A stretch of DNA of 64,000 nt from Octopus sinensis. Its lineage: Eukaryota. The notes under the pieces were generated by a model. The model was not told where the DNA came from, did no database searches, and worked only from the letters and a program-made list of their open reading frames with translations. The stretch's first letter is position 1, and the number at the start of each line of letters is the position of its first letter. Shown here in pieces: positions 38,010-53,560 of the stretch. The stretch covers positions 72,416,001 to 72,480,000 of the forward strand of contig NC_042998.1 in assembly GCF_006345805.1 (NCBI RefSeq), read 5' to 3'. A program made the position numbers and the translations under genes.

Positions 38010-41000
38010 TTATTAAGGGAAGAGCCAGCCTGGGATCGAAAAGTCATCAACTGGCACAAACTCTTCTCCGAATACGGACATGGACGGTCACTTGAACGGG
38101 AAATCCCCCAACTCGAGCCCTCCAAGTTCACCACCACAACCATCACAGAAAGAAAAAATGTAAGCGGAACAAATGGACCCGAGAAGAGTATAAAGAAGTA
38201 ATATACGCTTATTACTATGCATTAGGTAGGCCATCTCAAGAGAGACACACCGCAAACTCTTACAGTATATGGAGAACACGGAATCAAGACAGTAGGCCCT
38301 ATTTGGACGAGAACAAATTAGCAAATGTGAGGAGGGATATTCTTAGAAATAACAGACTCACAGACAGTGAAATAAGCGCGATCAAGCATGCAACGGAAAA
38401 TGACATAAATATAAGACACAAAGGAAATGAAGAATCAGATGAACAGTATAGCCCGCCACGAGGCTTAATTGAAAGACTGCCATCTGACCAAAATACGCAA
38501 AGGCCTGAAGATACAAGAAATTCTATTGTACCTGTTAAAGATAGCCAGGAAAACGAAAAAACAACAGTAACTGAAGATCTCGCATTTGCTGAAGAACACA
38601 GAGAGTCTATGGCAGAAATGAGGCAGAAAATCCTGAATACGCTTGAAGTTGTAAGACATACAAGTATGAATGATAGATAACCACTTCATAAACTCTCAAA
38701 TACAAACCAAAATAAAAAACAAATCCAAATTGGCAACTATGTAACAATGAAATAATACGAGAATTAAAACCTGATTTTACTGAGTTAAATGAAATTATTT
38801 ACGCTTCTGCTAGGGCAATTGAAACCAGCTGTATGCCCCCGAAAAAACAAAGAAAACAAAGAAAACAAAACCTGGGAAGAAATCAAACCTGGAGAAGTAA
38901 AATTGAAAAAGAGATTGAATTTATGAGAGGGGAAATATCAATATTAAATGAACTAATATGTGGAAATGATGTAAGATCCAGAACAGGAAGAAAGATGAAG
39001 AGAAAATTTGGATCCTCACCAAGAGAAGAACTGATATCAATAAAAGAAACGCTGAAACAAAAAGTCCAAGCAAAAGCCCAAAGAATACGAAGATTTGAGA
39101 AGAGAAACAAGTTTTACAAGCAAAATAAGCTGTTCACATCCAATGCCAAAAAATTCTACAGAGAAATAGGGAAGGAGAAAGTAACCGTTAAAGAGCCCCC
39201 TCCCATGGAAGAAGTTAAAAACTTTTGGAAAAGGATTTGGAGTGACAAGAAGACGTACAACATAAATGCAGACTGGATTATACAAAATGAAGGATCCTAC
39301 CAAAATTTACAACAACAAGCATGGGAAGACATCACAATAGCAGACCTAAGAAAGGCACTCACGAAGGCCCATAATTGGAAATCCCCCTGTAAAGATAGGG
39401 TGCCGAATTTCTGGCTCGCATCGCTCCCATGCGCACACGGTAAGCTAGTTCAGGTGCTTAATGGAATTATGAGAGACCCAAAGAAAACACCTGAATGGTT
39501 AGCAAGTGGCATTACTTACCTACTCCCAAAGAATAACGAAACCAACCTTCCAAAAACCTATCGGCCTATAACCTGTCTATCCACCACGTATAAAATCCTA
39601 ACATCTATCCTGGCGGAGAAAACATATGCATTCATGGAGAAGAACGATATTTTCCCCATTGAACAAAAAGGGTGCCGCCGAGGCTCTTACGGATGCAAAG
39701 ATCAACTGCTAATCAATCGTATGATCCTTGAGAACTGTCACAACAGCGCAGAAATCTCAGCACCGCATGGATTGACTACAAAAAAGCCTTCGACAGTATA
39801 CCGCATCCATGGATCTTGAGATCGCTGGACATCTTCAAAATTTCCCCTGTGATTTCAAACTTCCTGAAGCACAATATGTCGTTGTGGAATACGAATCTCC
39901 AATTATACCACTCTAATGGAGTACTTGCCTCAGAAAAATAAACATCAACTGTGGAATTTTTCAAGGTGACTCACTTTCACCTTTAATATTCTGCATAGCC
40001 CTAATACCCCTTACAAGTGAATTAAACAGAACAGGGTATGGGTATAAAATTGCCAATAAAAAAATAAGCCATCTATTTTATATGGATGACTTAAAACTTT
40101 ATGGTAAAGACAATAATGAACTTGAGGGCCTATTGCACACCGTGAAAGCATTAAGCGATGACATCGGGATGGAGTTTGGACTTGAGAAGTGTGCCAAGGC
40201 CACTTTCCAGAAAGGGAAAGTGAAGACCACAAATTCAGTCGTGTTAGATGTTGACACAGTCATAAGAGAGCTTGAGCAAGAACAAACATACAAATATTTA
40301 GGGATAAATGAAGGCTCTGGTATTCAGCATGCAAGCATGAAAGAGAAAATCAGGAAGGAATGTTATAGGAGAGTTCGTGCAGTCCTGAAATCTGAACTAA
40401 ATGCACGTAACAAGGTGTTAGCTATAAATTCCTTAGCAGTTCCAGTTGTTACTTATAGCTACAATGTGTTGAACTGGAATATGAGTGAAGTAAAGAATAT
40501 AGATAGAAAAATACGCAAGCTGCTGAGTTGTAATAGGATGCACCACCCAAAGGCAGACGTAGATCGCCTTTACCTTCCCAGAGCCCAAGGAGGTCGAGGC
40601 CTGATCCAATTTGAACTAGCTTACAAAACAACCACAATTGGACTGGCCAAATATCTCGAAATATCGAATGACTGGATGCTAAAGCTCGTGGAAAATCACG
40701 AGAGACGAAAGAAGCTTCATTCTATCATAAAGGAAAGCAAAAAATTTGCTATTGATCTCGTGCAGTATACCCAAACTGAACAACCCGAGGGAAGTACGGC
40801 AACTATTGTTGCAAAGAAGGTGAAAATAATGGCAATGAAGAAAGCGCACGAGCAATTGGCTGATAGGTGGGAGGAGAAACCTCTGCACGGCAAATATGTG
40901 ACCCGCAGCAAACAAGCTGATGTTGACCAGAAGCAAACCCATCAGTGGCTACGGAGCTCAGGGCTAAAAGCAGAGAGCGAAGGTTTCATCCTGGCTGCTC

Positions 41001-41810
41001 AAGATCAAAGCCTATTAACCCGGAACTACCAGGCCAATGTGATGAAAAATGGAGCAGACCCAAAATGTCGATTCTGCAACGACATGATTGAAACAGTGGA
41101 CCACCTAATCTCTGGATGCAAAGTCTTAGCACCAGTGGAGTATAAATTAAGACATGACAGAGTTGGCCAATATCTCCACTGGCTAATAAGTCGGCATTAC
41201 AATATCAAAACTGCCGACAAGTGGTATAATCACCACCCTGAGGCTGTAACTGAAGGAGGAAATGTAACCATTCTGTGGGACTTTCCAGTACATACAGACC
41301 GAACCATCAAGGCCAATAAACCAGATATTGTTGTGAAAGACCAAAACAATAAAGTTTGCTTATTGATCGACATGAGCATCCCCTGTGATCATAATATCTC
41401 AGCGAAAGAGTTTGACAAGCTCAGAAAATATAAAGACCTACTCATTGAAATTGAGAAAATGTGGCATCTCAAGGCGGTTACAATACCAGTGATCGTAGGA
41501 GCACTAGGAATGCTCAAGAAGGGAACCGAAAATTATATGAGAATGATCCCTGGCTTACCATCCCTGCAAGAAGTGCAAAAGATTGTCTTAACTGGTACAT
41601 CACACGTATTGAGAAGAGCATTGTCGATGTGAGAACTGTTGCTGCTCATGTATTTTAATTTAACTTTAAAAAAAAAAAAAAAAAATTAACGAACTACTGA
41701 GTTTGGTTTAATGGCCTACCAATGTATGCTATGAGTTTCTTTGCCCTAGGAGTCGGGAAGACACTCGGCAAGAAATGGAAGCAAATTTGAAAGAAGAAAA
41801 AAAAAGTAAT
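38010..41810 (+). mobile_element. Near full-length R4/Dong-type non-LTR retrotransposon (RT, CCHC finger, RLE endonuclease)
   Basis: N-terminal KWTREEYKEVIYAYY, YRPITCL, EQKGCRRG, AWIDYKKAFDSIPH, GIFQGDSLSP, YMDDLKLY, CRFC..ETVDHLISGC, KPDIVVKD..LIDMSIP. Stop at 41630-41632, (TAA)n on both sides, about four lesions. Confidence 0.92.
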
Positions 41811-42167
41811 AATAATGATAATAATAATAATAACAATAACAAAAACAACAGCAACATCATTACGTATACATTCGAATGTCAACAGAATCATATATATTTT
41901 TAATACCCATAGGACTACACATAGATTCCCATGTTTACACAACTACGTGAAATTTACAGGACACGCATGCAGGCATCTGAAAACAATGTGTCATAAATGA
42001 AGCAAAAACATACAAAACAAAATACTATTTTTTTTACGAACTAACACAGAGTGAACAATTCATGAGTTTTAAAACTCCACAAAAAAGTCTATCGACAAGA
42101 ATATATAGAGGAATACAGATCAGTTAGACTTAAGAAGCTACGTTACGAGCAATAATAATAATAATAA

Positions 42168-43845
<1,678 letters not shown>

Positions 43846-44310
43846 GTATATGCCGATACACACAGATAGAGAAATTAAGGCCAACAGACCAGATATAGTT
43901 GTCAGAGACCATGAAGAAAAAAAATGCTTTCTAATTGATGTATCAGTACCGGCAGATGACAACGTGTCTCTAAAAGAAATGGAGAAACTCTCAAAATACA
44001 AAGACCTGGAAATAGAGGTAACTAGAATGTGGAATCTGAAAACAGAAACAATTCCTATCATAGTAGGTGCATTAGGCATGATAAAAAAATATTCAGACAA
44101 ATACATAACAAAAACACCAGGACTTACAAACACATATAACATACAGAAAATTGAACTACTAGGCACTGCACACATCCTACGCAGAACATTTTCCATCCAA
44201 TAACCATCAGAGCATCACAACAAATCACAGCACATACCCAAGGCTCACAGAGCTGCGCTCGGTAGTGAAGTGAAAGCACGCTATAAAAATAAAAATAAAA
44301 CTACTGAATA
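43846..44310 (+). mobile_element. R4/Dong-type LINE 3' end (RLE domain plus 3' UTR)
   Basis: IKANRPDIVVRD..FLIDVSVP..YKDLEIEV. Nearly identical to 45080-45540. Confidence 0.88.
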
Positions 44311-44329
44311 ATAATAATAATAATAATAA

Positions 44330-44653
44330 TAGCAAAAGAATGATAGCAAAAAGGGCTGATTGCTACCTAACTCAGATACCAGGAACCCCAAAAATGGCAG
44401 AAATTAAAAAGATAGTGCTCATAGGAACTGCTCATATCCTACGCAAAATACTTTCTATGTAATCTCAAGTTTTAAAACAAACATAATTTTTGTATGGTTC
44501 TTTAGGCATTCACTAGTACAACACTAAGTACAAAACCAAATATATGGCTCCCTAGGCATAACACCAACATGAACTTCCAACTTGTTGTCTCTTGAGAACT
44601 CTAGGTGAGACTTGGAGCCAGCTTGTGCAAATGTAAAGCAAAAGTCAAACATA

Positions 44654-44660
<7 letters not shown>
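44330..44660 (+). mobile_element. Very short 3' end of another R4/Dong subfamily
   Basis: EIKKIVLIGTAHILRKILSM* followed by a distinct 3' UTR, with (TAA)n on both sides. Confidence 0.7.
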
Positions 44661-44730
<70 letters not shown>

Positions 44731-44731
44731 T

Positions 44732-45540
44732 AAAATCTCAGCAATGGTTGAGAAGCTCAGGACTCAAAGCAGAGACAGAGGGATTTTTAATTGCAGCATA
44801 AGACCAAAGCCTCACCACCAGAAATTACCAAAAACAGGTAATGAAAAGAAATATAACAAGTAATTGCAGAATATGTGGAGATGGAAAGAAACAATAAATC
44901 ATATTATCTCTGGCTGCCCAGTCCTGGCTAAGAAGGAATATATTCACAGACACGACAGAGTTGGGACCTATATACACTGGAAACTATGCCAACATTATGG
45001 AATACCAACAGAAAAAAGATGGTATAGGCACACACCAGAAAAGGTCACAGAAAACGAAAAAGCGACCATACTCTGGGATATGCTAATACACACAGATAGA
45101 GAAATTAAGGCCAACAGACCAGATAGAGTTGTCAGAGATCATGAAGAAAAAAAATGTTTTCTAATTGATGTATCAATACCGGCGGATGACAACGTATCTC
45201 TAAAAGAAATGGAGAAACTTTCAAAATACAAAGACCTGGAAATAGAGGTAACCAGAATTTGGAATTTAGAAACAGAAACAATTCCTATCATAATAGGTGC
45301 ATTAGGCATGATAAAAAAATATTCAGACAAATACATAACAAAAACACCAGGACTTACAAACACATATAATATACAGAAAATTGAACTACTAGGCACTGCA
45401 CACATCCTACGCAGAACACTTTCCATACAATAACCATCAGAGCATCACAACAAATCACAGCACATACCCAAGGTACACAGAGCTGCACTCGGTAGTGAAG
45501 TAAAAGCACGATATAAAAAATATAAAACAATAGCAATAAT
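44732..45540 (+). mobile_element. R4/Dong-type LINE 3' portion (zinc finger plus RLE)
   Basis: LKAETEGFL, ETINHIISGC, RHDRVG, ILWD, RPD..LIDVSIP. It starts right after (TAA)n. Confidence 0.88.
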
Positions 45541-45544
45541 AATG

Positions 45545-46020
45545 AGAAGAAGAAGAAACAGAAGTATAAGAGAAAGAGGAGAAAGAAGATGAGAAAGAAA
45601 AAAAAGAAGTAAAAATGGAAAATGAGTAGGAACAGGAAGAAAATAATAGAAAGAAGCGAAATAAGGGAACGAAGGAGAGAAAGAAGCGGAAGATGAAGAA
45701 GAAGAAGGAAATGAAAAAGAAGAAGGAAAGAAGAAGAAGAAGAAGAAGAAGAAGAAGAAGAAGAAGAAAGAAAATGAAGAAGAAGGAAAAGAAGAGAAAG
45801 AAGCGAAAGAAGTGGTAGAAGAAGGAGTGGTAGAAGAAGAAGAAGATGAAGAAGAAGAAGAAGAAGAAAGAAGAAGAAAAGAAGAAAGAAGAAGAAGAAG
45901 AAGAAGAAGAAGAGAAGAAGAAGAAGAGAAGAAAGAAGAAGAAGAAGCGAAAGAGGAAGATAAGAAGAAGAACAACCACAGCAAGAAAAAGAACAAGAAG
46001 AAGAGGAAGAAGAAGAATAT
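45545..46020. repeat. Purine-rich (GAA)n-derived low-complexity tract
   Basis: Direct inspection. Confidence 0.9.
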
Positions 46021-47469
46021 CTTCGTGATAATTTCAGATATTGAATTAAGTTACAATTGATAATTATATTATGGTACCAATTGCATCATAGTGTACAGCA
46101 TTTAAAAAAAATTTATTTGGTAATTTGAAATGCAATTGTAGGGTAATTTATTTCTAAATTGATTTGTTATCTTTGCTGCTAGAAGAAAACAGAAGTATTA
46201 ACAACTTTGTTTACTTAGAAAGTGGAGCTAACATTTTTGCTCTGTTTAGTGGTATACAATTACATCGCATTTCATATTATCAATAGTGCTGAGCAGAGAA
46301 GCATTAAAGGCCAAGGGAAAATATTCTGTAAAATATATCCAACTAGTAAGATGTTGAGGATGTGTGTGTACCACGTGAATAGAATAGAACAGTCTTTATG
46401 TCTCGAATTATATAATGCATTAGAGCAGATTTATGAGAAATAACATATCTGGCTGCTAGCGTTACAGAGGGAGCCTTTAAAATGTCGTCGTTGAAGTGAG
46501 AAGTGTTATTCATTAAATTTTTGTGAACATCACACTTGCTGTATGAATGCGTGTTATGGGAGATCAGACAGAATAGGAAACGATAACGAAGTGCTAAATT
46601 TATTCGTCAGATTTCACAAGGCTGGGAGTATAATTTGAGTTTTGTTTATCTATAAAGTATTTTGAAACAATAAAAATCGAAACGTTGTGATTGGATTTGT
46701 GCAAAAAAAATAAGTTATTACTCATTTATTGCTTTTAAACTAAATTCACCACTTTTTCATAACAAAAAAAAAGGAAAGAAACATAATTATTTAGATATAT
46801 CGTAAGTGTATCAAATAGTATCTGTGAAGATTCATTATATAAATATGAAATAGATCTTTATTTTCTTAATAATCGATTTCATCAATGTAGTAGCTTGTTT
46901 TATTGTCCCTGTTTGAATTGTATCACACACTTTTATTATTTTACCTATAGTAACATATCTGATGATAAATCTAATCGAAATCTATCTATATTCTATTAAC
47001 ATAAACGCTCTTCTTTCATCGTACTCAAAATGTTCACGCGTATGTCAGACTAACTGCATTAACAATACACCTCCATTTTACAGCGATTTAATTTTTAATT
47101 TTTGGCACTTTCTTAAAAATCTGTTTATTGTAGCTACATAAAATTATGAGCAAGTTTCAAGCCTTTTAGCAGGATAATATATTGAATAATAATATTTAAT
47201 AACGGATACAAATATTCATACAGAGCACAAAACTCGATGAAATTCCACATAAAAACATAAAATGTCAGAATCCGAAAGAATTAGTACACTACATTAACAG
47301 TTAAAATATTAATATCGTTGAAACTGTGACTCATCATGTCAAAGAAATTGAATCTATTTGTGAAAACATTTCATCTACAACCTTAGCTGCATCCTGAAAA
47401 TTATCATAGGTTGACACTCAATTCAGATTTTAATAATTACACTAAAACACAAACATTGAGAGTAATTTC

Positions 47470-47640
47470 TTCTACTAGAGATACAAGGCCTGAAATTTGG
47501 ATGGAGGAGGCCAGTCTATTACATTGACCTCAATGCAAAACTGGTACTTATTTCATCGACCCTGGAATGATAAAAGGCAAAGTTTGAATTTGAACTCAGA
47601 ACCTGAAATCAGCCGAAGCTTCTCTAAGTCGTTTTGTTCA
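47470..47640 (-). mobile_element. SINE fragment
   Basis: CTGGTACTTATTTCATCGACCC..AAAGGCAAAGT..TTTGAACTCAGAAC, as in 27335-27560. Confidence 0.65.
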
Positions 47641-49716
47641 ACACACTAGTGACTGACTGATCGCTACCGTTTAATAATTCATAATAATAATGCGAAAAAA
47701 ACCCCGCAAAAGATGCTTGACGGTTTTATATCTGTAAGCAGATGTAACGCATCATTTTAAGTGTTAGCTATACTAGCAGTAATTTTAATATCGCATCCAT
47801 CTCTTTAGGTATAAATAAAAACACACGAACTAGTTTCATTACACCGACAAGGTAATTATTTTTTCGATTACTAAAGCTAGAGAGAATGTACAATATATTT
47901 AGAGTTTGTAATAACCCACGCGAAAAACATAATTACATGAATTTTGGCCTCAACAAGCAACATTTCAACCACATATGATGCCATAGTCATGTTTTGCTCC
48001 TATTCCCCAAACACAGCATCCTAACCTTTCTAATGCTATGTCAATTATCTACAAACCAAGCTTCACAATGATAGCGTTAATATCGCCCAGTGCAATTTAG
48101 CTTCTTTTAACAAGCAAAACGGAGTATAATAATATATAAGTCTTCACAGCAAGGCACAAACAGCAGCCACACATGTACACAATTACTAGATAACATAACT
48201 TTTATAGTACAAGTAGACCTCAAACTAAACAATGCAAAATGAAGTAAACACTATTACTGTATTTAAATCTTCCTCTCAAAACAAAAGAAAAAGTCGATAA
48301 CCATAGTGTACAAACAATACAAGAGGATAGAGAGACCAGTCTTTTGACTTGGCTGAATTTCCGTTTTTTACAATCGTATATGTATTGTAACTTACACATC
48401 AAATAATCATACATATTCACACTTATTCAGCACTGGTATCATATAGTGCGGTGAAAAATAATAGGAAAAATATAGGCGGAGTATTGTCAAACAATTACTT
48501 TTAATCTTAAAAATAGTTAGAAAACATCTGAGATCTACGGACTTGGGGATAGCGGCACGCATGTTGTCAATACACGTATTAGATTCATCAAGGATTATGA
48601 CAAGAGTGACTTTAAAGAGTGTATTTCAAAACAAATATTCAAACTAATAAATAAAGTGCGCAAAACTTTCAATCTCCACATCAAGAATTGTTACAGTAGA
48701 AGCTTTAATCTTCAATTTTGTTTTGACAAGCATAATAGGCAATCGCATGATAAGCGAGAAAAATCTTTAGTGAGGATTAACAATGTTTGCTAAGTTTTAT
48801 CGTATGGAGGGAGTAATTTGCTTTCTTGCTACACTATCGGTTAAGTGTTATCCTGTTCATTCAAATATTCAACAAATTATCCACTTATATCTGTTGGTAA
48901 ATTCTGTGTGGCACAAAACTTTGCAGAGGTCTGTCATTAACAGGTGGCCTCGAAGTGTAATCTCACAATGCAAAATTATAAAGGCATAGGGAGAAACGTG
49001 TTTACCAAGCATGATAATCCCATCCTAAATTGTAAAATATTTCCATTGACATGTTTGACATTTCTTAATACTTATCAGTATCTAAGTGTCTTTTGTAGTG
49101 GTAGCATTCGAAAGAGCTTTATACTTTGCGACAAAATATGATTCTTTGCTTATGGGCTGATTATAGGTTGCATTGTCCCTAAATTTATAGAAGGTAAAAT
49201 TTGGGTTCTTCTTTAGCGTTGCAAATGTCAATGTTTTCAGTTGATGCTATTTTTCTATATTTCCGTATTTTAATGTATACCAACTCAGATGACACTACCT
49301 CAGGTATCTTAAAATGATACCCATGCAAATATTAGAACACGATAAATATATTAAAATCAGTCGGTAGCCATGAATTTATTTAAAGCGGTCCCTACCTCTA
49401 CTGTTACAACCACAACAGGTCCCTTTTAGGTCACTTGACCATTAAAGCAAATTCCACGGACAGCCTCTACTATTGGGTCACACCACTCACGTTTTATCGT
49501 TTCTTCTTTCTTTCTTTTTTCTTTCTTTCTTTCTTTTTTCTTTCTTTTTTCTTTCTTTCTATCTGTCTTTCTTCTCCTTCTTTTTCTTTGCCTTCTCCTT
49601 CCTTGGCTGCTGCTGCTGCTGCTGCTTAAACCATCACAATTCAGAACCATATATTTCTCTGCACCCATAAAGACCATTCTTAAGATCTGCAACTACCTAT
49701 CGATCTTTCAGAAATG

Positions 49717-49794
<78 letters not shown>

Positions 49795-50079
49795 AAAAGG
49801 AAAATGTCGGATTATAGAATTATGGAAAAATTTACAAAGCATTTCATTTAATTTTTTCTTCAATTGAATTGTTTCTCTTGTTTTACCCTTAGCTGAAGAA
49901 GTTGAAAAACCTGAAACCACTATTAACCATTACAAAATGTATTTCAAGATAAAATTATTTTAGCATTTTCTAACTTGCGTCATTTTCCTTCTATGCAGTT
50001 CAGTTAAGTATATGTCCGGTCATATAGTGATCATAGGGCACTTAGACCTATGGACGAGTCATCAAACCTCAATGGCGTA

Positions 50080-50330
50080 GGCAATTTACCTCTTCAAACT
50101 GGAAGTAGAAATCCGTTACGGCGAGTGCGAGTTATTTCCCTTTGACGAGTTCAGTTGACAGTCAGTACTGGCTAAAGTAGTTAATAGGGAACATCCGCAC
50201 TCAGGACACTCCTAGCCCGTAAGGGCATTTTCTGTTTCTAATTGATGAATGGAAAACCCCCTGCTTTCTCAATTTTACTAATTGACTGGCGTAACGGATT
50301 TCTACATCTAGTTTCAAAAGGTATATGCCA
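50080..50330. repeat. Small MITE-like inverted repeat with ~45-bp arms
   Basis: GGCAATTTACCTCTTCAAACTGGAAGTAGAAATCCGTTACG versus CGTAACGGATTTCTACATCTAGTTTCAAAAGGTATATGCC. Confidence 0.65.
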
Positions 50331-51347
50331 TCCGTCATTGACGTCTGCTGTGTCGTTCATAGGGCTAAGCGTTCTATTGATGCCAAACCATTTGGGACAC
50401 ATGTTTAACTGCATACAAATAGATTAGTGTTCTATGTTAAGAATGTGCTTCTTTTTCGGATATGTGTGTACACACACACACGCGCGCGCACACAATAGAA
50501 GTTGCAGAAATAAAGAGTTGCTGATTTAATATGCAAAATATTACCTAGATATCATGCATGAGCGAGCATAGTTGGTAGTTATGCATTATTTTACAGTAAT
50601 TGTTTCATATGTTTACGTTGCAGCGAGATTAGGTTGACACGCTTTCAACCCCTTCATTGTTGATACAGAAGTACATTCAGAATGCGAGAAATGTAGTGAG
50701 TGGAGAATGTGTCTAGATCCAACAGGTACACGTTTCAATTATGCATACTCGAGAATCATGAAATGAAGTGTCTTGTTCAATTTCACAACACTGCAGATAC
50801 TTCAGAAGTTCTTTCTCTACCCTTATGAAAAGAAACCAGATACTCCGACCTCTAGGACACGCGTATGCAACAAGTCGTACGCACATATATTTAAATAGGC
50901 AAATGACGAGAACGAATGTATAAAGGGCTGTAACGATTAATGTGTTACGCACAAATTATAGCACAGTTGTATAGAGTTACAATCACGCAATGTACACAGA
51001 CGAAATACATTCCTTAATATATTCTTTAATCTTCTGGCGTACTACCTAAAATATATATTTCCAAATATCGTTCGCTTATCTTTAAGTATATGCAATACAT
51101 GGTAGTTTCAGATCAAAATTTTCAAGCCTTCCTTCTTACATTCAAAGATTTGAGAATATAAAATTAGTGAATAACTGTAGGCATAAAATTATCTCGAGAT
51201 TTTGACAGCGATGTGTTGCTTGAAATCAATATTTTTAGATGATCTGACCTTATTGCCAGTATTAAATCATCTTTGTATTGCTTGAAAGCTTTTACAATTT
51301 TGAAGCAACTTCGCTAACAACGATATGTTCCTAAACGCTTTCGGTTA

Positions 51348-51554
51348 TACGAGCAAGTGCTGAAAAGTTCCTCGCTTTGATGGTATCGTGAAAGAACTGG
51401 TTGCAGGCTCAAAATTCCGAGTTATTTTACATGGAATAGAAAAACTGAAGGACCGCTGCAATAAATGCGTAAATATGAGAGGAATATTATTAACTGATTC
51501 CCCAGTATATTTTTTTTTACCCAAAGCCTAGAACTCTACAGTACGTCCTCCTGT
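51348..51554 (+). mobile_element. Mariner-derived miniature element
   Basis: TACGAG..GTGCTGAAAAGTTCC start with a degenerate inverted end. The interior encodes IEKLKDRCNKCVNMRG, the mariner transposase C-terminus. Confidence 0.7.
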
Positions 51555-52414
51555 TCAATCTTCTATTATTTTTACTTTTCCTTTAATGCTATCCATAATC
51601 CAATTACTTGGAAAACTCTAAGTTATGAACTTTGCCTAAGTGATAGAAAGTTGGCAAAACGGGTCTGAAGGGAGGATGGTTTATACGAAAGGATATATTA
51701 ACTCTATTTTACAGAAAATACTGGATAAATAACTTGGAATGATGAACTATCTTCATAACAAAACACAGAATTCGAAACTTTAATGTCATTGGACTGTTCT
51801 CACATTATTCAAGTTGAACAGAGCGTAATTATCTGTATATAGTAACCAGACATGTCTAAACAAAGAGAAATATTCCTCTGACTATCAGAAGAAGAAAAAT
51901 TCTCAAGATACCCGTATGATACAAAAATAATATAATATTCATAAGAAAATCACCGACCTCATTCGCAATCACGAAATTGAAGGTAGAAGACATTCGCGTT
52001 TCTTTCCCATAGCAATCGACCTTTGGCTGTTTATACGGGAAGTGACTAGTCTAGCGGATAAAATAAATTTACTGAGGAAAAAAAACTTTGATTTGAATAA
52101 AGTTTCCTGTAAATATATATAATCAATGGTGATTGTTCGGTATTACTCAGATGCTAAAGATTCGAATCATTCTATTATTGTTGTTATTACGAAATCATAT
52201 TCATTCTGTACAAGGCAATGTAAAGATAATTTGATTCAAATCTTTATATTAAAAAAATGTTATGTATTCCATTCTTTTGTTTGCTTCTACATCACCTTCA
52301 AGCATCTTCATATCTTACGGTTAGAGCGCGCGCATGCACACACAGAAGAGTATATACATGTATATGTGCACATATATATATATGTATATTTATATACATA
52401 TGTATGTATGAATG

Positions 52415-52580
52415 CATGTAGTGACTGTGTGGCAAGACGCTTGCTTCCCATCCACATGGTTCCGGGCTCAGTCCCAGTGTGTGGCACCTTGGGCAAGTGT
52501 CTACTACTATAGCCTTGAGCCGACCAAAGCCTTGTGAATGGATTTGATAGACGGAAACTGAAAGAAGCCAGTCGTATATA
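52415..52580 (+). mobile_element. tRNA-derived SINE 5' half
   Basis: Homologous to 27665-27830 and ends in TA/TG repeats. Confidence 0.75.
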
Positions 52581-53159
52581 AATATATATATATGTGTCTG
52601 TGTGTCTGTGTGTGTGTGTATGTGTGTTTGTGTGTGTGTGTATGTATGTATGTTTTTGTGTGTCTGTGGCGGATATTTTAAATTTACTTACCTTGGTAGA
52701 TCTAGCTAACGAGGATCAATCAGTTTTACTATAACAAACGTATTCTGAAAAATTGTTACAATCCAGCCGTCCTTTCACACGGAATTTCTTCTTTTACTAA
52801 AGCCAAGGCCCTGAAGTGACTATATATATAATGGAAATGTGATTATGTATATCAGAAAAGTATATGTAAGTCGAAAGAATTTGTTGACCTTTTAGGGTTC
52901 TTATAATAATTTATGTTATATAATATTTTGGTTTATATTATATTCATAGTATTTACTGTAATATTGTAATAGAAATAAATTACAGGATTGTCAGTTAGAT
53001 ATTTCTATATTTAATTGATCTTTATTATTAAATTATATCAATATTAAACGGTAGCCAACCCACGTACCAGTGAATTGGATGTTTAACACACGCCTTTGAA
53101 GGATTTCTTTTCCTCAGGCTGTTAATATATATATATTGTATCAGGTCAATTTCGAGTGC

Positions 53160-53560
53160 TACTGGTAACATATAACCCAGTACAACCTGTTGCATGGTCG
53201 GGTCATCGGCGACTAAACGGGCAACTGCACCAAGCTTGCTTGGTGAGGAGGGTGTTTATTGGACACCATGCGGGATAAAAAAAACCTCGTCAAAGAGCGG
53301 AGGAACTCTTGAGAGTCAACGGCCATCCAATAAATGTCTCAAGGCTGTATTATGCGCGGGGACATAGAAATAATCGGATTGAATACCCGATCGCGCGGTT
53401 AAGCCATTGGGAGTGAAAGACTCCTAGCCTTTGTTAGGGCATCCTTCTAGGAAAAGGTAACTCAGGTAACTGGGATAACTCCGACATAAAACCTGCGGCT
53501 CAGTGATTACCGATGATGTTGATTTGTTCTTCTTTTCGGATTATGGCTGCTGTTGCTTAG
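53160..53560 (+). mobile_element. RTE-type retroelement 5' UTR-like fragment
   Basis: GC-rich island with CTCCTAGCC..TAGGGCATCCTTCTAGGAAAAGG..AAAACC, resembling RTE 5' UTR motifs. Recognised by pattern only, no ORF. Confidence 0.4.

Noticed and set aside
38017-38100. HDV-like ribozyme at the 5' end of the Dong-like LINE
   Set aside because: It folds as a simple hairpin, and the nested P2/P3 pseudoknot order is not present.
49885-49925. CTGAAGA...GAAA hammerhead-like spacing
   Set aside because: Stem II and helix III pair poorly and there is no second copy in the window.
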